Of a stretch of 64,000 bases of DNA, positions 26,466 through 38,660 are shown in pieces. The notes under the pieces are model-generated. The model saw only the letters and a program-made list of their open reading frames with translations, ran no database searches and had not been told where the DNA came from. Numbering within the stretch: the stretch's first letter is position 1; each line of letters starts with the position of its first letter. This DNA is from Podarcis erhardii. Taxonomy: Eukaryota. The position numbers and the translations under genes were made by a program. Location: assembly GCA_964252035.1 (NCBI GenBank), contig OZ176201.1; one strand, 5' to 3'.

Positions 26466-26698
26466 TCACAACAAGGGATTTCCAGAGAAATACTGCAGGC
26501 GGTCTCTGCTTAGTTTTTTTTCTTTCATCCTTCTGTTCTGAAACCAAATTTTAACTTGTCGATCAGTGAGATTCAACATTCTGGACAGCTGCAGCCTTTT
26601 TTCTTTGTTTATGTAGACATTGAAGAAAAATTCTCTCTCTAGCTCTCTGATTTGGAATTTCGAATAGGGACATCGCTTCTTTCTTGTGCGGGGGGCAC
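26466..26698 (-). CDS. HOXC11: Homeobox protein Hox-C11, exon 2 (homeodomain)
   Basis: Polypyrimidine tract then TAAAG|GT GCC CCC CGC. Encodes [76 protein letters not shown]. Confidence 0.97.
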
Positions 26699-27492
26699 CT
26701 TTAGGGGGGAGGGAGGGAGAAAAATATAACCAGGAGGGAGTGAAAATAACTAAGCAAATGACACAACAGAGCCCCAATAACCCCCCCCCCATCACCAAGA
26801 GCTCAAATGCATAGCTTCTCTCTCACATGCACACCCATCTGGAAGCACATCCTACGGCCATGTGTAACATCCTAACAGACATGTGTACCACAACACAGCC
26901 ATGAAGACAGCCTTTCCTGTTTCCAGCCCATGATCATTTTCCCCTGTTTTGGGGGGCTTTTCCAAAGGGATTCCTGAGTGCAATAATCAACAATAACTGC
27001 TGGGGGGAAGGAAGCCGGCGAAGCAGCTGGGAAGCATACACGTTCAAACTGCAAATCTGCCGCCTTTCTTACAGAGTTAGCAGGAGCAACGTTAGAACTA
27101 TGAGGGCTCAGAATTCTGCTCTGCATAAGTTTTTGATTATCGGGAACGCCACCCTCCAAATACATTCAGCACACACATACACACAGAGAGAGAATCAAAG
27201 CAACATATCTGAGCAGTCAAAAAAAAAAAGGGAAGCAATGTGTTTCCCAAGGCAGCAAACAGAATTGCAAATACAACGTGTGCGCGCGCCTGTGTGTGTG
27301 TGTGGGTGTGTAAGTTCACGCAGGACTTAGCGTTCCATTCACCTATGAATGAAAAAATAAATAAACATCCATGATGCATTTACTTGAACAGTTGCTTCGA
27401 TTTAAGGTTGTTGTTGTTGCTTTAAAAATGAAAATAAACCCACTTATATATGAATATCTAAAGGCATCTGAGTATATTAAAATATACTTAAA

Positions 27493-27493
<1 letters not shown>

Positions 27494-27527
<34 letters not shown>
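27494..27527. repeat. (TG)17 microsatellite in the HOXC11 intron
   Basis: Perfect dinucleotide run. Confidence 0.95.
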
Positions 27528-27528
<1 letters not shown>

Positions 27529-28141
27529 TAAACACATTTAATAGCAAAATAAGCATTGTCTATTTGAAAAGAAATCACCCAAAGAACTACGCCTAAGCAA
27601 TGCAATTTGCAGGAAGAAAAGCAACAACAAGAGCAAGAACAACAACACAGGATGCACTGAGGACATGAAAACGTTGCATTCCCTTTCCCCACATTCATAG
27701 CAATATTTGAATTTCTGCATGCATTTTCAATAAGGGGAAAAAATAACACCACCACCCCCCCTCGCTCGCTCGCGTGCATCTCTCAGTGCCTCCTCGCGAG
27801 GACAGGAAGCAAGAGCAGTGTTCTGCCCAATTGCCTTTTACCCTCAGAAGCCCGGGACCAAATCCTTTTAAAATGCTCATGTAAGTTCATGATCAAAGTT
27901 AATATTTGTCACCATGGTGTGCTTTTAAAATTTCACAGACTCTGAGATACTGTGTCTGCGCCTAACATCTCCATTTTTCTCAAAGAGCCTTTCCCATCGT
28001 AAAAATTCTTCTCGTTGCAAGAAAGAGCTTTGTAGGTTATAATAAAATCCTTTGAATGCTTATAAAACTCCACATAAAATTTGACCGACAAAACAGCGGG
28101 CTAGTCCCTTAACCTTTCCATTTACTGCTTTCTCTACCTAC

Positions 28142-28820
28142 TCGAGTTGCTGGTTTTGCTCCCTTCCTTGTTGACAGAGGAGGATGAAGCTGAAGAGCCC
28201 GGGTTGGTGTTTTCTTCCTCGTCTTCCGGGTCTACGCCTTGGTCGCCGCGGGATGACAGCGCGGTGGGCTGGGAGTCGGTCTCCAGCTTGCTCTCGGTCT
28301 TCTGCAAACAGGTCTCGGGCGGGTTCTCGGTGGAGCAGTAGGCGTTTTCGAAGAACCGGTCGAAGCCTTGCGGGAGGACACTGTTTTTGTTCATGCTGGA
28401 GTAGAAGCCCGTGGACGCCGGGTGGTTGGAGCTGGGGTGATGGTGGTGGCTGTATACGCTTTCGTTTTTCATTAGCATTTCGGTCATGGTGGAAGGCGGG
28501 AGGCAATCCCTGTGCATCAGATCTTCCGCGGAATAACACGAGGCGTAATTGCTTCTATGGTGCCATTTATTCGAGGGGTCTAGCCCGTAGGAGACCTCTC
28601 GCACTGGCTGCACTTGAGAGAGGTTAGTGGAATAAGGGTAGGAGATTTGGCGAGAGGGGGCCTGTGGCAAGAAAGATGACACAGTTGAAAATTCTGGGAC
28701 GTAATAGGTGCAGCTGGGGAGGTAGAGATTGGAAGCGCAACCTGCTCGCTCTCCAAAGTCAGCACTCCGCTCTTTGCGCGACTGGGAGCAGAAGTTTCCT
28801 AGGTTCACTGAGTTAAACAT
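28142..28820 (-). CDS. HOXC11: Homeobox protein Hox-C11, exon 1
   Basis: [64 protein letters not shown] matches HOXC11. Donor TCGA|GTAGGT at 28141 gives phase 1. 679 + 233 = 912 nt = 303 aa + stop. Confidence 0.96.
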
Positions 28821-28924
28821 CTTTCTCCTTTTCTTGCTCCTATAGATAGATGTTTTGGATCCGATGTGCAGAGGGGGAAAAATTTGGGAAGGCGAGATGA
28901 CGCGCTATCCGTCTTAGTCGCTCT

Positions 28925-29040
28925 CTCCAGGACACGTGATCCAAAGTAGATATTGTCATATATCAGTTTGGAGCACTTAGAAGCGTAGGAGTGGTTCACT
29001 TAGGTAAGATCTCAGAGGTTCAAACGATTGGTTTTCAAAC
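28925..29040 (-). promoter_or_regulatory. HOXC11 proximal promoter region
   Basis: E-box CACGTGA 28933-28939 about 115 bp upstream of the ATG, a TGACA (minus) site near 28954-28958, and ATTGG near 29027-29031. Confidence 0.6.
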
Positions 29041-29144
29041 ACCGCAGAAACATTATGAAAATCAATCGCAGATTTGTATTCATTTTCTTCCAGGCACACC
29101 CCTTGTAAGCATTCAAAGCAGATAGCGAGGGGATGGCTGATGAA

Positions 29145-29146
<2 letters not shown>

Positions 29147-29186
<40 letters not shown>
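29147..29186. repeat. (TC)20 GA-tract upstream of HOXC11
   Basis: Perfect dinucleotide run about 330 bp upstream of the ATG. Confidence 0.95.
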
Positions 29187-29190
<4 letters not shown>

Positions 29191-32100
29191 TTGGATTTTG
29201 CTTTCAGTTGTTCAGGAGGATTCAGATATGGGGTTGGGTGGGGGTAGCTCAGGGGTGGAGGAGGCGAGGGAGGGTCTAAAGGATGTGTTAACTGTAATTT
29301 TTCCTCTCTTACTTTTTTTTTAAAGGGGGTTCTTTCCATGCAAGTCACATTTTAGGCATGATCATACATATTCTTTTATTTCCCTTTTTCTTCTTCTCTT
29401 CTCTGTCTTTTTTTCTTTTCTTTTCTTAAAAATGTGGATTCAACTGTTAGAAGCCCAGGGGACTGGATAAAGATTCTTCAGTAAGTTTTCAAACATTTCT
29501 CAAGGTCTTGCTCCAGGAGTCCGGAGCACATCTCCATATAGTGGGTGTGGGTGGGATCTTTGGAACAGATAGGTATATAGGGGAGCAACTGGCAAGTTTC
29601 TCACGTTTATTAATTACTTAGATGCCTATGTAGGGATCTCATGTATGCATAAGGACACCTAATCTGCCAAAGAGAATGCACACCTCCAGCAGAATATCCC
29701 AAATATGCGAGGAGCCGAATAAACTTTGAAACTTTTCTAGGGATTTAAGCCCGAACCTGAACCCTCTGAGGCATGGGCTTAATGACTTCAGAGTATTGGA
29801 ATTAGGGAGGATACATCAGGACATAGGACTAATAAATATTCGAAAGCCCCCTTTAACGTTTGGTTAAATATTTATTATGTAAGAGTGGTATATTGAATAT
29901 TTAATGCAGCTGTTTATTGTCAATCAATGTATGTTCACGGTGCCTTGCGACCTTTATTCTGCCAGCGAAAGAAAAGGCAGGGGGGTGCACTGAAAAATAA
30001 ATAAATAGGATTCTTATTAAAGTCATTTGTCCTTGTATTTGGTGCTCTTGGAGTCTCTCAGCGCCCACCCTGTGATTCCCTCAGATTTTTAAAGCTGGAA
30101 GAAGGAATATTTGTAAAAGGTGTCTTGTAGAACATTCCTCGTGACTTTCAGACAATTGTTAACCTAAAGTGTCTTCTTTCAGAAAGCCATGCTATAAAGG
30201 CGTTTAGAGAATATTGACAGTTGATAGAGGCTGCTGGCATATCCAGTAAAGTCCCCCTAAACAAAGGATGCGTGCTTAAAACTCTCCTGTCTTTCAGATG
30301 ATCTGGAGCACACATCACACAGGCTCATCAAACAGATTTTGCGCCTGAATTGACAACTTTTTCATTTGTTTTTATTTTATTTTTTTAAAAGGTCTTGTAA
30401 TTGATCTGCAAAGAAATAAATAAAAATGTTTAGTTTCCACCTGATGCAAAATATCTCCAATATTTTGTTGTCTTTTTGCTCTCATCTCTGCCTTTATCTC
30501 TGTTTTTAATTCACTTTGCTCTCTTCAAAGAAGTGTGTGTGTGCGTGTGCGTGTGTGTAGGACCCAACAACTTTGCTTTGTTTACATAGAATCCTCCCGC
30601 CTTAATCTCCATCGCTGGCTCCAGTTTTGGACAGTTTAAAAGCCTCATAACAAAATTCACACAGCATCAGGAGGGCAAAATGACTTTACTAGTGATATCC
30701 TGTCAATTCGTGTTGCAGTAAATTAAACTCTCAGGAACAAATAACAAAGTCCAGGAACATGGCGGGCTGGTATATAAGAATATGTGGGAACTGAGGGGTT
30801 GTTGTTTTTTAACGTTATGGTTTTTGTGGTTGTGAAGCTTTTCCTTTGGGTAAGCCTTGAACAAATCCTTAAGAAGAAGAAAAATCTAGCAACTTGTGAT
30901 ACAAAAGGAGACGCTCTGCGATGACCTCATTTGCCCCATAATTCATTTTAATTTGGGATGCTCTTTTTACTTTTAAAACCACCAGGTAGAGTTTAGTCAG
31001 CAGGTAGAACAGATACCTAAGCAGTCTGCAGCGACGAAGACGCCCCAGGAAAGGAAGGGACATCTGCTGAAACAAAAAAGGGAGGATGAGATTAATGAAC
31101 AGAATGACTGAAACGAAAAATGATTTTTGGTCACGGGGAGGAAACTGACTATATCGGACAGGAGATCAAAATCTTTAAAGGTCGTGTGTGACTCGGGACT
31201 GAAGCATAGCCTTAAAAACCACAGTGGGACTTTTATTGGGTGGGTTTCTTTCAAATCCAGAGTCTTTATTAAGTGATCCTACAGACAAAACCTAAAGAAA
31301 ACATGGCGGCTCTTGCTCTCTCTTTCTCGTGAAGCCCTCTGATCAACCTGTCCTTTTAATTTCATACGCCTACGGGCGACGTTCTTCACTTTCGACTGTT
31401 CTGCGTCTTTGGACGTAGGATGCCTCGCCCGCAGAGGGTTCAGATAAACGCGCCTCCAGGTTCCAAACCATTCTGAGCCTCCTCACCAAATACACACCTC
31501 TGCGCATGGGGAAGAAGAGATGGGTGTGTGTTGTGTGTGAGAGAGGGGGGACAGGAGTAGTGCAAGGCTTCTGCAGGGATGGTTTGTTTTGGCTCTCTCC
31601 TTCGCTCTGCCGTTTATGAGTTGGATGATGCTTTAGACACAAACTTTTAATTAAAGTGTCAGGGAGCCTTTAACGACCCCTTTTTACGCAGCAATATTCA
31701 TGCTAACTACAAACTAATAAAAATATTGTTTACGGGGATCATTATTTTCCTCCACTCCTTCTTACCAAAGACTATTTATTGAACCTGCCCGAGGTGGGGT
31801 GGGGAAACTGAAGAAATTTGCAGTGCTGGGTGCTGTTTCGGAATGGTTCTGCAACATCTCTTGCAAAGTTGCCCCCGCCCATTCCCCCCACCTCTTCTTC
31901 TTTATTCCTTCTTTCCACTTTTCCTGGTGGGGCAGAAATTTCTCCTCTGTCTCATCCGGCTGCATTGGTGGCGAGCAGAAAGGGTCTAAAGCGGGTGGCT
32001 GTTGAAAGCATGTGGGGTATAACACACAGGATATCTCCTCTAGGTGTGCGAATAATTTATTGCTCTTAATAGGTAGATATAAGCTCAAGCGAGCCCCAGT

Positions 32101-33647
32101 GCCGTTGTGTTTTTTAAAGCCCGGTTTAAAGTATAGGATTTGTCGGCTTCCTGCGAAGAAGCACAGAAAAGACAGCTGTGGAGCCACAGCACTTGAATTT
32201 GAACCACCAAAGTCAATTCCCTGACTACCATAAAACAGAAGAATGAAGGCTGGAAGTCTCACATTCCTTTTGGTCTCCACTTAGAAAAAAATATATAAAA
32301 CAACACAAAAAACCCAACAGCACATTGAGCATAAACCGTGAGTGCTTTACTCGTTGATAGATTTCATATTCACAGCCAAGAAATACTTTTAAAAAACTTT
32401 TTTTAAAAAAATAGTTGTCTAAAAACCCTCTTTAATATATATGGGGGAGAGAGAAGAAGTAAGAAAAGGAAAAACCTTTCAAAGTAGGTGCGTTGTGACA
32501 GTGTGTCCCCAAGTTGTGTGATGGTGTGACTCACTATGAAGATGCACAAGAAAGAGCAGAGCAGGCAGAGAGAACAGGATTGTGTCAATTGCCAGGCAGA
32601 GCTTCCTAGGTGTAATTAGACATATGTATATGTTCACCCGGCTGGTTATTTGTGGCTCGCCAAGTGTACTTCAACATGGCATTGCTGTGTTAATCTGTTG
32701 CCGGGTCATTTGCCCGACAGAACCAAGATCACACTATAAACACATCCCAGTATTTTGTTATTGTTATTATTATTTAGGCAGAAAATTGTATCCACGTGGA
32801 CAAGACTTTCTAGGAAACGTACTTTTCTGTGGGTAAAATGAACTTTGAAAGAACCCAGCTCCGATTATAGTTGTGGCGGGTTTGGCCAAAGAAATGTTCC
32901 CATCGTGGTCAGGACTCCGGTCTCTGGGTTTGTTTGTGTACATTAAGCGAATCAAGACTGAACGGTACATGATGGACAAGGCGGATTTGGGCATAACTAA
33001 CAAACATTTGCCAACTAGTCTATGGACGGCAAAGATTTGTAAGTGTGGTCGAAACCCGCCTTGGATTTCATATGAACTAGTTTCATCGTCTTCTTATCAG
33101 TTTGGGAGATAAATTAACATATGTAAATCAGTGCAAATTTCGATTAACTTCATGGTCCACACCGATTAATGCTTTCATTCAGAGATCGCCATACTGGTCT
33201 CTCTTTTAGAAATGTGCAGACTATGACACAAAGACTACCTTCTAGAATATGCATAAATGTAGATATTCTAATCTAAATCTCTCTTTTCCCATCTCCCAGA
33301 ATCCCAATCATAGGCACATGTACTACCCAACCCTAAAGCTTTTCCTAGGGAGAAATGGGGTCACGAAAATGTTGTTTACCTCTTGCCTTTTGGCCTTTTC
33401 TTGCCGGATTTCCCCCGAATTTCAGAATGAAGCGGACGCCCCTTAGATATTTCTACGGCCTACAGTAAGATAGGTTCTCTATACAGGGGATGAAGGATTA
33501 CTTTTGTGAGGTTTGGGGATGGGAAGCCACCCAAACCTTTCAAGCAGCCGTTTTCGCATGCCTTCTTTGGGCCAAAGAATCCCAAACTTTTGACGCTTTA
33601 GGATTGTGACCTGTGAGTCTTCAGCGATGCAGCTCACTGGAAGCAAT

Positions 33648-33706
33648 TGAGTCCCACTGAATCCTATGCAAGTGACTTACAAGTCAATGTGTTTGGGATC
33701 ACAGCC
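33648..33706. mobile_element. Degenerate fragment of the short palindromic repeat family (family A)
   Basis: GAGTCCCACTGA...GACTTAC...GGGATCACAGCC resembles the better copies at 45701 and 61661. Confidence 0.4.
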
Positions 33707-34278
33707 TAGGAATGATTTTTTTCCCCGTGCTACAGCAATGCAATTACTTCCCAAGGAAAAATAAAATACCCCGATGTATTTAAATCAAGCCAAAGGGTAC
33801 TACAAACCTTCGCCAGCAAGCAGATTATCCTCGACTGCTTGTGTGTTCAGGAAATCCGGGGCCAGAGACAATAGCTACAAGTAGGAAGCTCTTGGAAAAT
33901 ATTATTGTCCCCCAATGGCAAAGATAAATTTAATTGGATATAAGCCAGCCTACTAAAGACGACTTCATAAGCTGCTAACGATTCAAAGCGGGGAAGCGGG
34001 GAGGGGGAGAATGTTTCAGATCTTCCACAGGCCAGGGCTGCAAGTTCAAAATCATGTGGACCCAATAAAGATAAAAGCTGATAAGCGGTATGCTTCCCAG
34101 CCACACGCAAAGTCAACAGTGAGCAGTATAGCTGCGCTGAGGGATGCCCGGACTAGATGCCCCACGCAGAATTCTCCTCTGCGCATTATTGCGGTAATAT
34201 AAACCATCATAATTGGGAGGATTGCAAATGATACTTGGCATATTGCAATGAATAATAAAGTGCAGTGATTGCTCAGTA

Positions 34279-34379
34279 GGGTCTGATCCTGTGCACACAA
34301 GCAAGTTCGATTGAAGCCCATTGTCTACAGAGGGTTGCTTGGCTTTACTCCCAAGAAAAACGTGCATTGGGTTGCAGCC
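34279..34379 (-). mobile_element. Short palindromic MITE-like repeat (family A), degenerate
   Basis: Ends GGTCTGATCCTGTGCAC ... GTGCATTGGGTTGCAGCC form imperfect terminal inverted repeats. The internal TACTCCCAAG is shared with other copies. Confidence 0.55.
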
Positions 34380-37300
34380 ATATCAATATACATGTAAGGA
34401 TCGTTAGGTCAGTTCCACTAGTTAGGAAGCTAGAAGCGAATAAAAGGAACTCTTACGCCAACATATTTGGCCGACCCTTCCAGTCCAGACACACTTGAAT
34501 ATATATGCTACAAAGCCAAGTTCACTGGAGTTTGCCAATGGCTTATTCCGCTTTCCAAATGAAAGGGGACCTAGTAATTCACCCAAGAAGCCAATTTTCG
34601 GTGTGTTTCAGGTTCCTTTCAAAAAGAATAGCTGCACTGGATTGTGTTCAAAAGAAAGTGGGCCATTGACCAACATAATACACAAACGTTTTAAAAGCAC
34701 CCAACGTTTTAAATAATAAAATTCTACAACACGCAGAGAGTGAATAGACTTGCATAGATTTTTTAAAAATGCTTTATTGTCTGGATGAGGTTCTCGGGAT
34801 GTGGATCATCAAATCCCATCTAAGGAATTCTTGTTTCACGTGAGAGTTCAGTTTTATTAGCAAATATCTCCGTATGCACGATACAAACTGTATTGTAACG
34901 GGATAGCTTCTTATTAGATTGTGTGAAGGAAGACATAGCAGCCACTGCGAGTGAGATTTTGCCAAAAGGGGTTTAGCTTATATGAAACATTCTGCATTTG
35001 GTTGTGTGTATGAGCTGGATTTTTTTAGCTTTTTAGTCTACCTTGATACCTACATTTCTTTCATTTCAGCCAGCAGGCTGCCTTGTTCCCATCAGACACA
35101 CCGTGATCAAAGTGAAATCTCAACGTTTTTACAGGGGAGGGGCGGAAAGAAACTTCAATAGCTTACCCTCCCGCTCCCCGATGTAAGTCAGTAGGGCTGG
35201 AATCAACCCCAGTATCCACATTTATCAGAATAAAATGAAACAGAATGCCTGGGATAGTTGTGTGGTGACATTCGGCAAACATAGAAACCAGCTATAAGGA
35301 ATGCTCATTACTTCAGAGCGCCTTTTGGCAATGCTATGAAATATCAGCCTCTTTGTTTGCATGGGGACGTGTGCGCGTGCGCAAGGCAGTCTCTCTCTCT
35401 CTCTCTCTCGCTCTCTCGTGAAATCTATGTGTCCCTCAATATATGCATATGAGAACAGTTGAAAGTAACTTGATAGCCCACAAGTGCATCTACAGACATC
35501 AATTGTTGGAAATTCGCATGAAATGCAACTACAAACGCATGACTCTATATGTGCTTTTTGTTTTGTTTTGTTTTGAAATCTCGTGAATTATTATGTCTCA
35601 TGGTTTCTAGAAATTAGCGGTAGATGAGTTACTTTCAGTGGGGTACAAGATCTAAATGATCCAGTCAAGATCCAGATCCTGTCCTTTAACAATAAAGTTG
35701 GGGGGGGGGGGAGTGTGCAGCAATGCATTTAACTTTCAAACGTTTGCATTCCCTTGGAAATCCTTCTTTAAATCTCAAATTATATTTATAAAATGAGGTA
35801 CTTAGTTTAAAAAAATTACTTGGAACAAAACCCAAATGCTGTATTTCTCTGTATGCCATTCCACTCATGAAGTCGAATAGTTATTGTGGTCACGATCCGG
35901 CCACAGTTAAATCCCACCAATGTCACTGAGGGACATACTTTATATACACACACTACCCTGAAATTAATTTAAAAGTGACAGTCTTTGGCTGGATCGTGCC
36001 TTTGACTATTTACTTGTGTTACAGCTGTCCCTCTCCCCATTTATAAACCCTCTTTTTATTAAATACCAGACGCTTTCTTTCTTTCTTTCTTTCTTTCTCT
36101 CTCTCTCTCTCTCTCTCGTCTCTCGCCCGCCCTCTCTCTTTATAGATATATACACACAGAGTGACTTACTAAACTGAAATTTAAAATATCTGTTTTCTTA
36201 GTAACTTTATATTGCTTTAGTTATTGACTTCATCCTACTAGGATTCAGAACCAGCTTGTCTGAAGTGCTGTTTGATGCTTCTATTCTCTCCCTCACGCGC
36301 ACATTCCATCATTCTGCTTTCTTTATCAGACATACTCCCTTTGGGACTTCTTCAAATCTGCTATTCTGTGTCTACATATAAATGGATATTTTTTTACAGT
36401 AAGGAGTTTAGGAACTCACATGGTCGCATTGTCCATTTCAGTAAGCGAGAGGGGTGGCTGTAGCGAGAGCAAATCCAAAATTGTGCGTCCTCTGCACGCT
36501 GGAAAAGGATGCAGATTTGTTTGGCTTTGTTCTTAAAATACCTTTAAATGCTAGCAGCGAGATACTAAATATTTTAAGCTCGGAGTTCCCGTTGACTTCA
36601 AGGATGTGCACATAAGGATGTCTCCTCATAGTGACTCGTATCGTAGGTAACGTGGCAAGTAGGCTGCTGTTTACAACAAAAATAAAGCAACGCTAATTGA
36701 TAATGTGGGACTGAAAGGAAAGGACAAGTATATTCCGTGTTGATTTTTTTATTTTTTTAATAGAAACAGAGGCCGTCTTTTTTGAGGTGGAGTCCTGTTT
36801 ACCAATTTCCTCTGCCATGCAGGGCAAACGAATGGGAAAAAAAGCTCTCCCGTGCCTTCTGCGCCACGCAGAAATCCTAAAACAAACAAATAAACAGGAC
36901 TGGAAGTTCAAAACGGGGAAGAACTGCATGCAGATAGCGCTGCAAATGCACATCTGGCATTAGTCTGGGAAGAGCCACACAAGCGCGCGCGCACGCTGTA
37001 TAGATTAGGCGGCTTTGAAAACTGTCACTGGGAAATCTGTTCATTTTCTCTAATGGACTAGGAGAAGGATTGTTGTTATATTCCTCGCCCATCCCACAAC
37101 AATATCCTTGCTAAACAGCACGCACGAACGCCGGGTGTCAAGACAATATAAATGATTGGGTTTGTGTTTTTTTGTTCATATGCGTTGCGGCGCTGCCGCC
37201 TCAGCTAAGTAACAACTGTATCCGCTACCGCTATGGAGGAGGGCCATAGACCCAGGCGAAATTTATAGCGGCCCCGGCGTTGCGGTTATGATTTTGCTAT

Positions 37301-38300
37301 GATATTACTTGGGAACAAAGTCCCATTGATTCCCTTGGAAATCTACTCTCTTGCAAAGGCGTGGGGTTTTTTTGTTTGGTTTGTTGCTTTCCCTCCCTTA
37401 CTCCCACCGTCCCCACCGCACTCCTACGTCGCTGCCAATACGAGAAGAAAATGGGAAGCGGGGGGGGGGGGGGAGTGGAGCTACTTGGATAGCCTAAAAT
37501 TATGGGTTGACCTCGATCGAGATTTAATTCTCATGCTCCCCTCCTCCATCTTGCGGTGGTAAGGAAGCGAACCTGCTCTTCTCCTCCGTCTCAGCCAAAA
37601 CAAGGACTCCAGCCATTTTTCATATGTTTCCTTCGAGAGGAAGACTTATCTTTCACCATAATGAGAACGGCTTTGCCACTGAGAGGGAGGGGCGCTTTTT
37701 TGGGGTGGGTGGGTGGGAAATAAATAAATAAATAAATAAAGCCTCTTTATTCACCCACTAACCACCCACTTTCGCCTCTCTCTCTCTCTAAATTTCCTCC
37801 CTTTCCCTTCCCTTCCCCTCTCCTCCATCACCCTCCAGCCCTTATCCCAGTCGTGATATCACCTTATCGGTTCAATCTATGTAAAGACCACCCACCCACT
37901 CCCCTCTTTAACCTCCGAATCCCTGGCAGATCTCCTGTGCGCAATTAGGCCCGTTCTGGGACCTCCGACGGACAACCTGTGATATGAGAAGGTCTATAAT
38001 CCAGCCCTCCACAGTAGACAGGCTACTCAAGACTTTGCAGGATCTCCCCTCATTTCCGCTCTTATTAATTTCAGGCGCCCTGATCTATCCAGCCCATCCC
38101 TCCCACCTCCTCCTTTATTTAAAGATTATACGATTAAGACAAGAAAATCTAAACCCTCCTTTCCCTTATCCCCTCCCCCCACCCATTCTCCCCCTCTCCT
38201 TACCGAGCGAACTTCATTGTTTTCTGGAGGAAACCGTAATGTTGAGACATTAAACCCTAATTGGGCTTTTCTTTATGACGTTTAATTTCCTCCATCGCAG

Positions 38301-38660
38301 ACGTGTTTGCATCTTGCTGAAAGAGGAGTTGTTTGAAGTCTGCAATCCCGGAGGGGGGGGGAGAGGGAGGGGAAAAAAAAACTTTCCAAGCAGCAGTCGT
38401 CATGCGGACTTCTGGTCTCATTCCCACATAGTCTCACCCTCCATGCACCCCCACAGCCTTCCTCTTGATCGTTGCATTCAGATAGGCCCCCCTCCCTCAA
38501 AATAAGAATGGTGATGTAAAAGAGAGGGGGAAATGGGCCGGGGGGGTGTTTAAAAAGAGAGACAGAGACCCATATGTTTACTCGGGTAAGAAATGCGATG
38601 GCCATTTAGCTCTGTTGTGACAAATCCATGAAAATGGAGGACCGCCGTATACCATATAAG
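38301..38660 (+). ncRNA. HOTAIR: Candidate HOTAIR-homologous lncRNA exon block (antisense to HoxC)
   Basis: Motifs ATGTTTAC, AGAAATGCGATGGCC, TGAAAATGGAGGACCGCCG and CCATATAAG|GTAGGA align colinearly with my recollection of human HOTAIR exon 4. TTTGAAGTCTGCA...GAGAGGGAG resembles exon 3. There is an acceptor TTTAATTTCCTCCATCGCAG at 38281-38300, and the position between HOXC11 and HOXC12 is syntenic. Transcription is not shown by the sequence. Confidence 0.55.

Noticed and set aside
28134-28141. Alternative HOXC11 donor AG|GTAGAG at 28137
   Set aside because: It gives phase 2 and shifts the homeodomain out of frame. The donor at 28141 keeps the frame.
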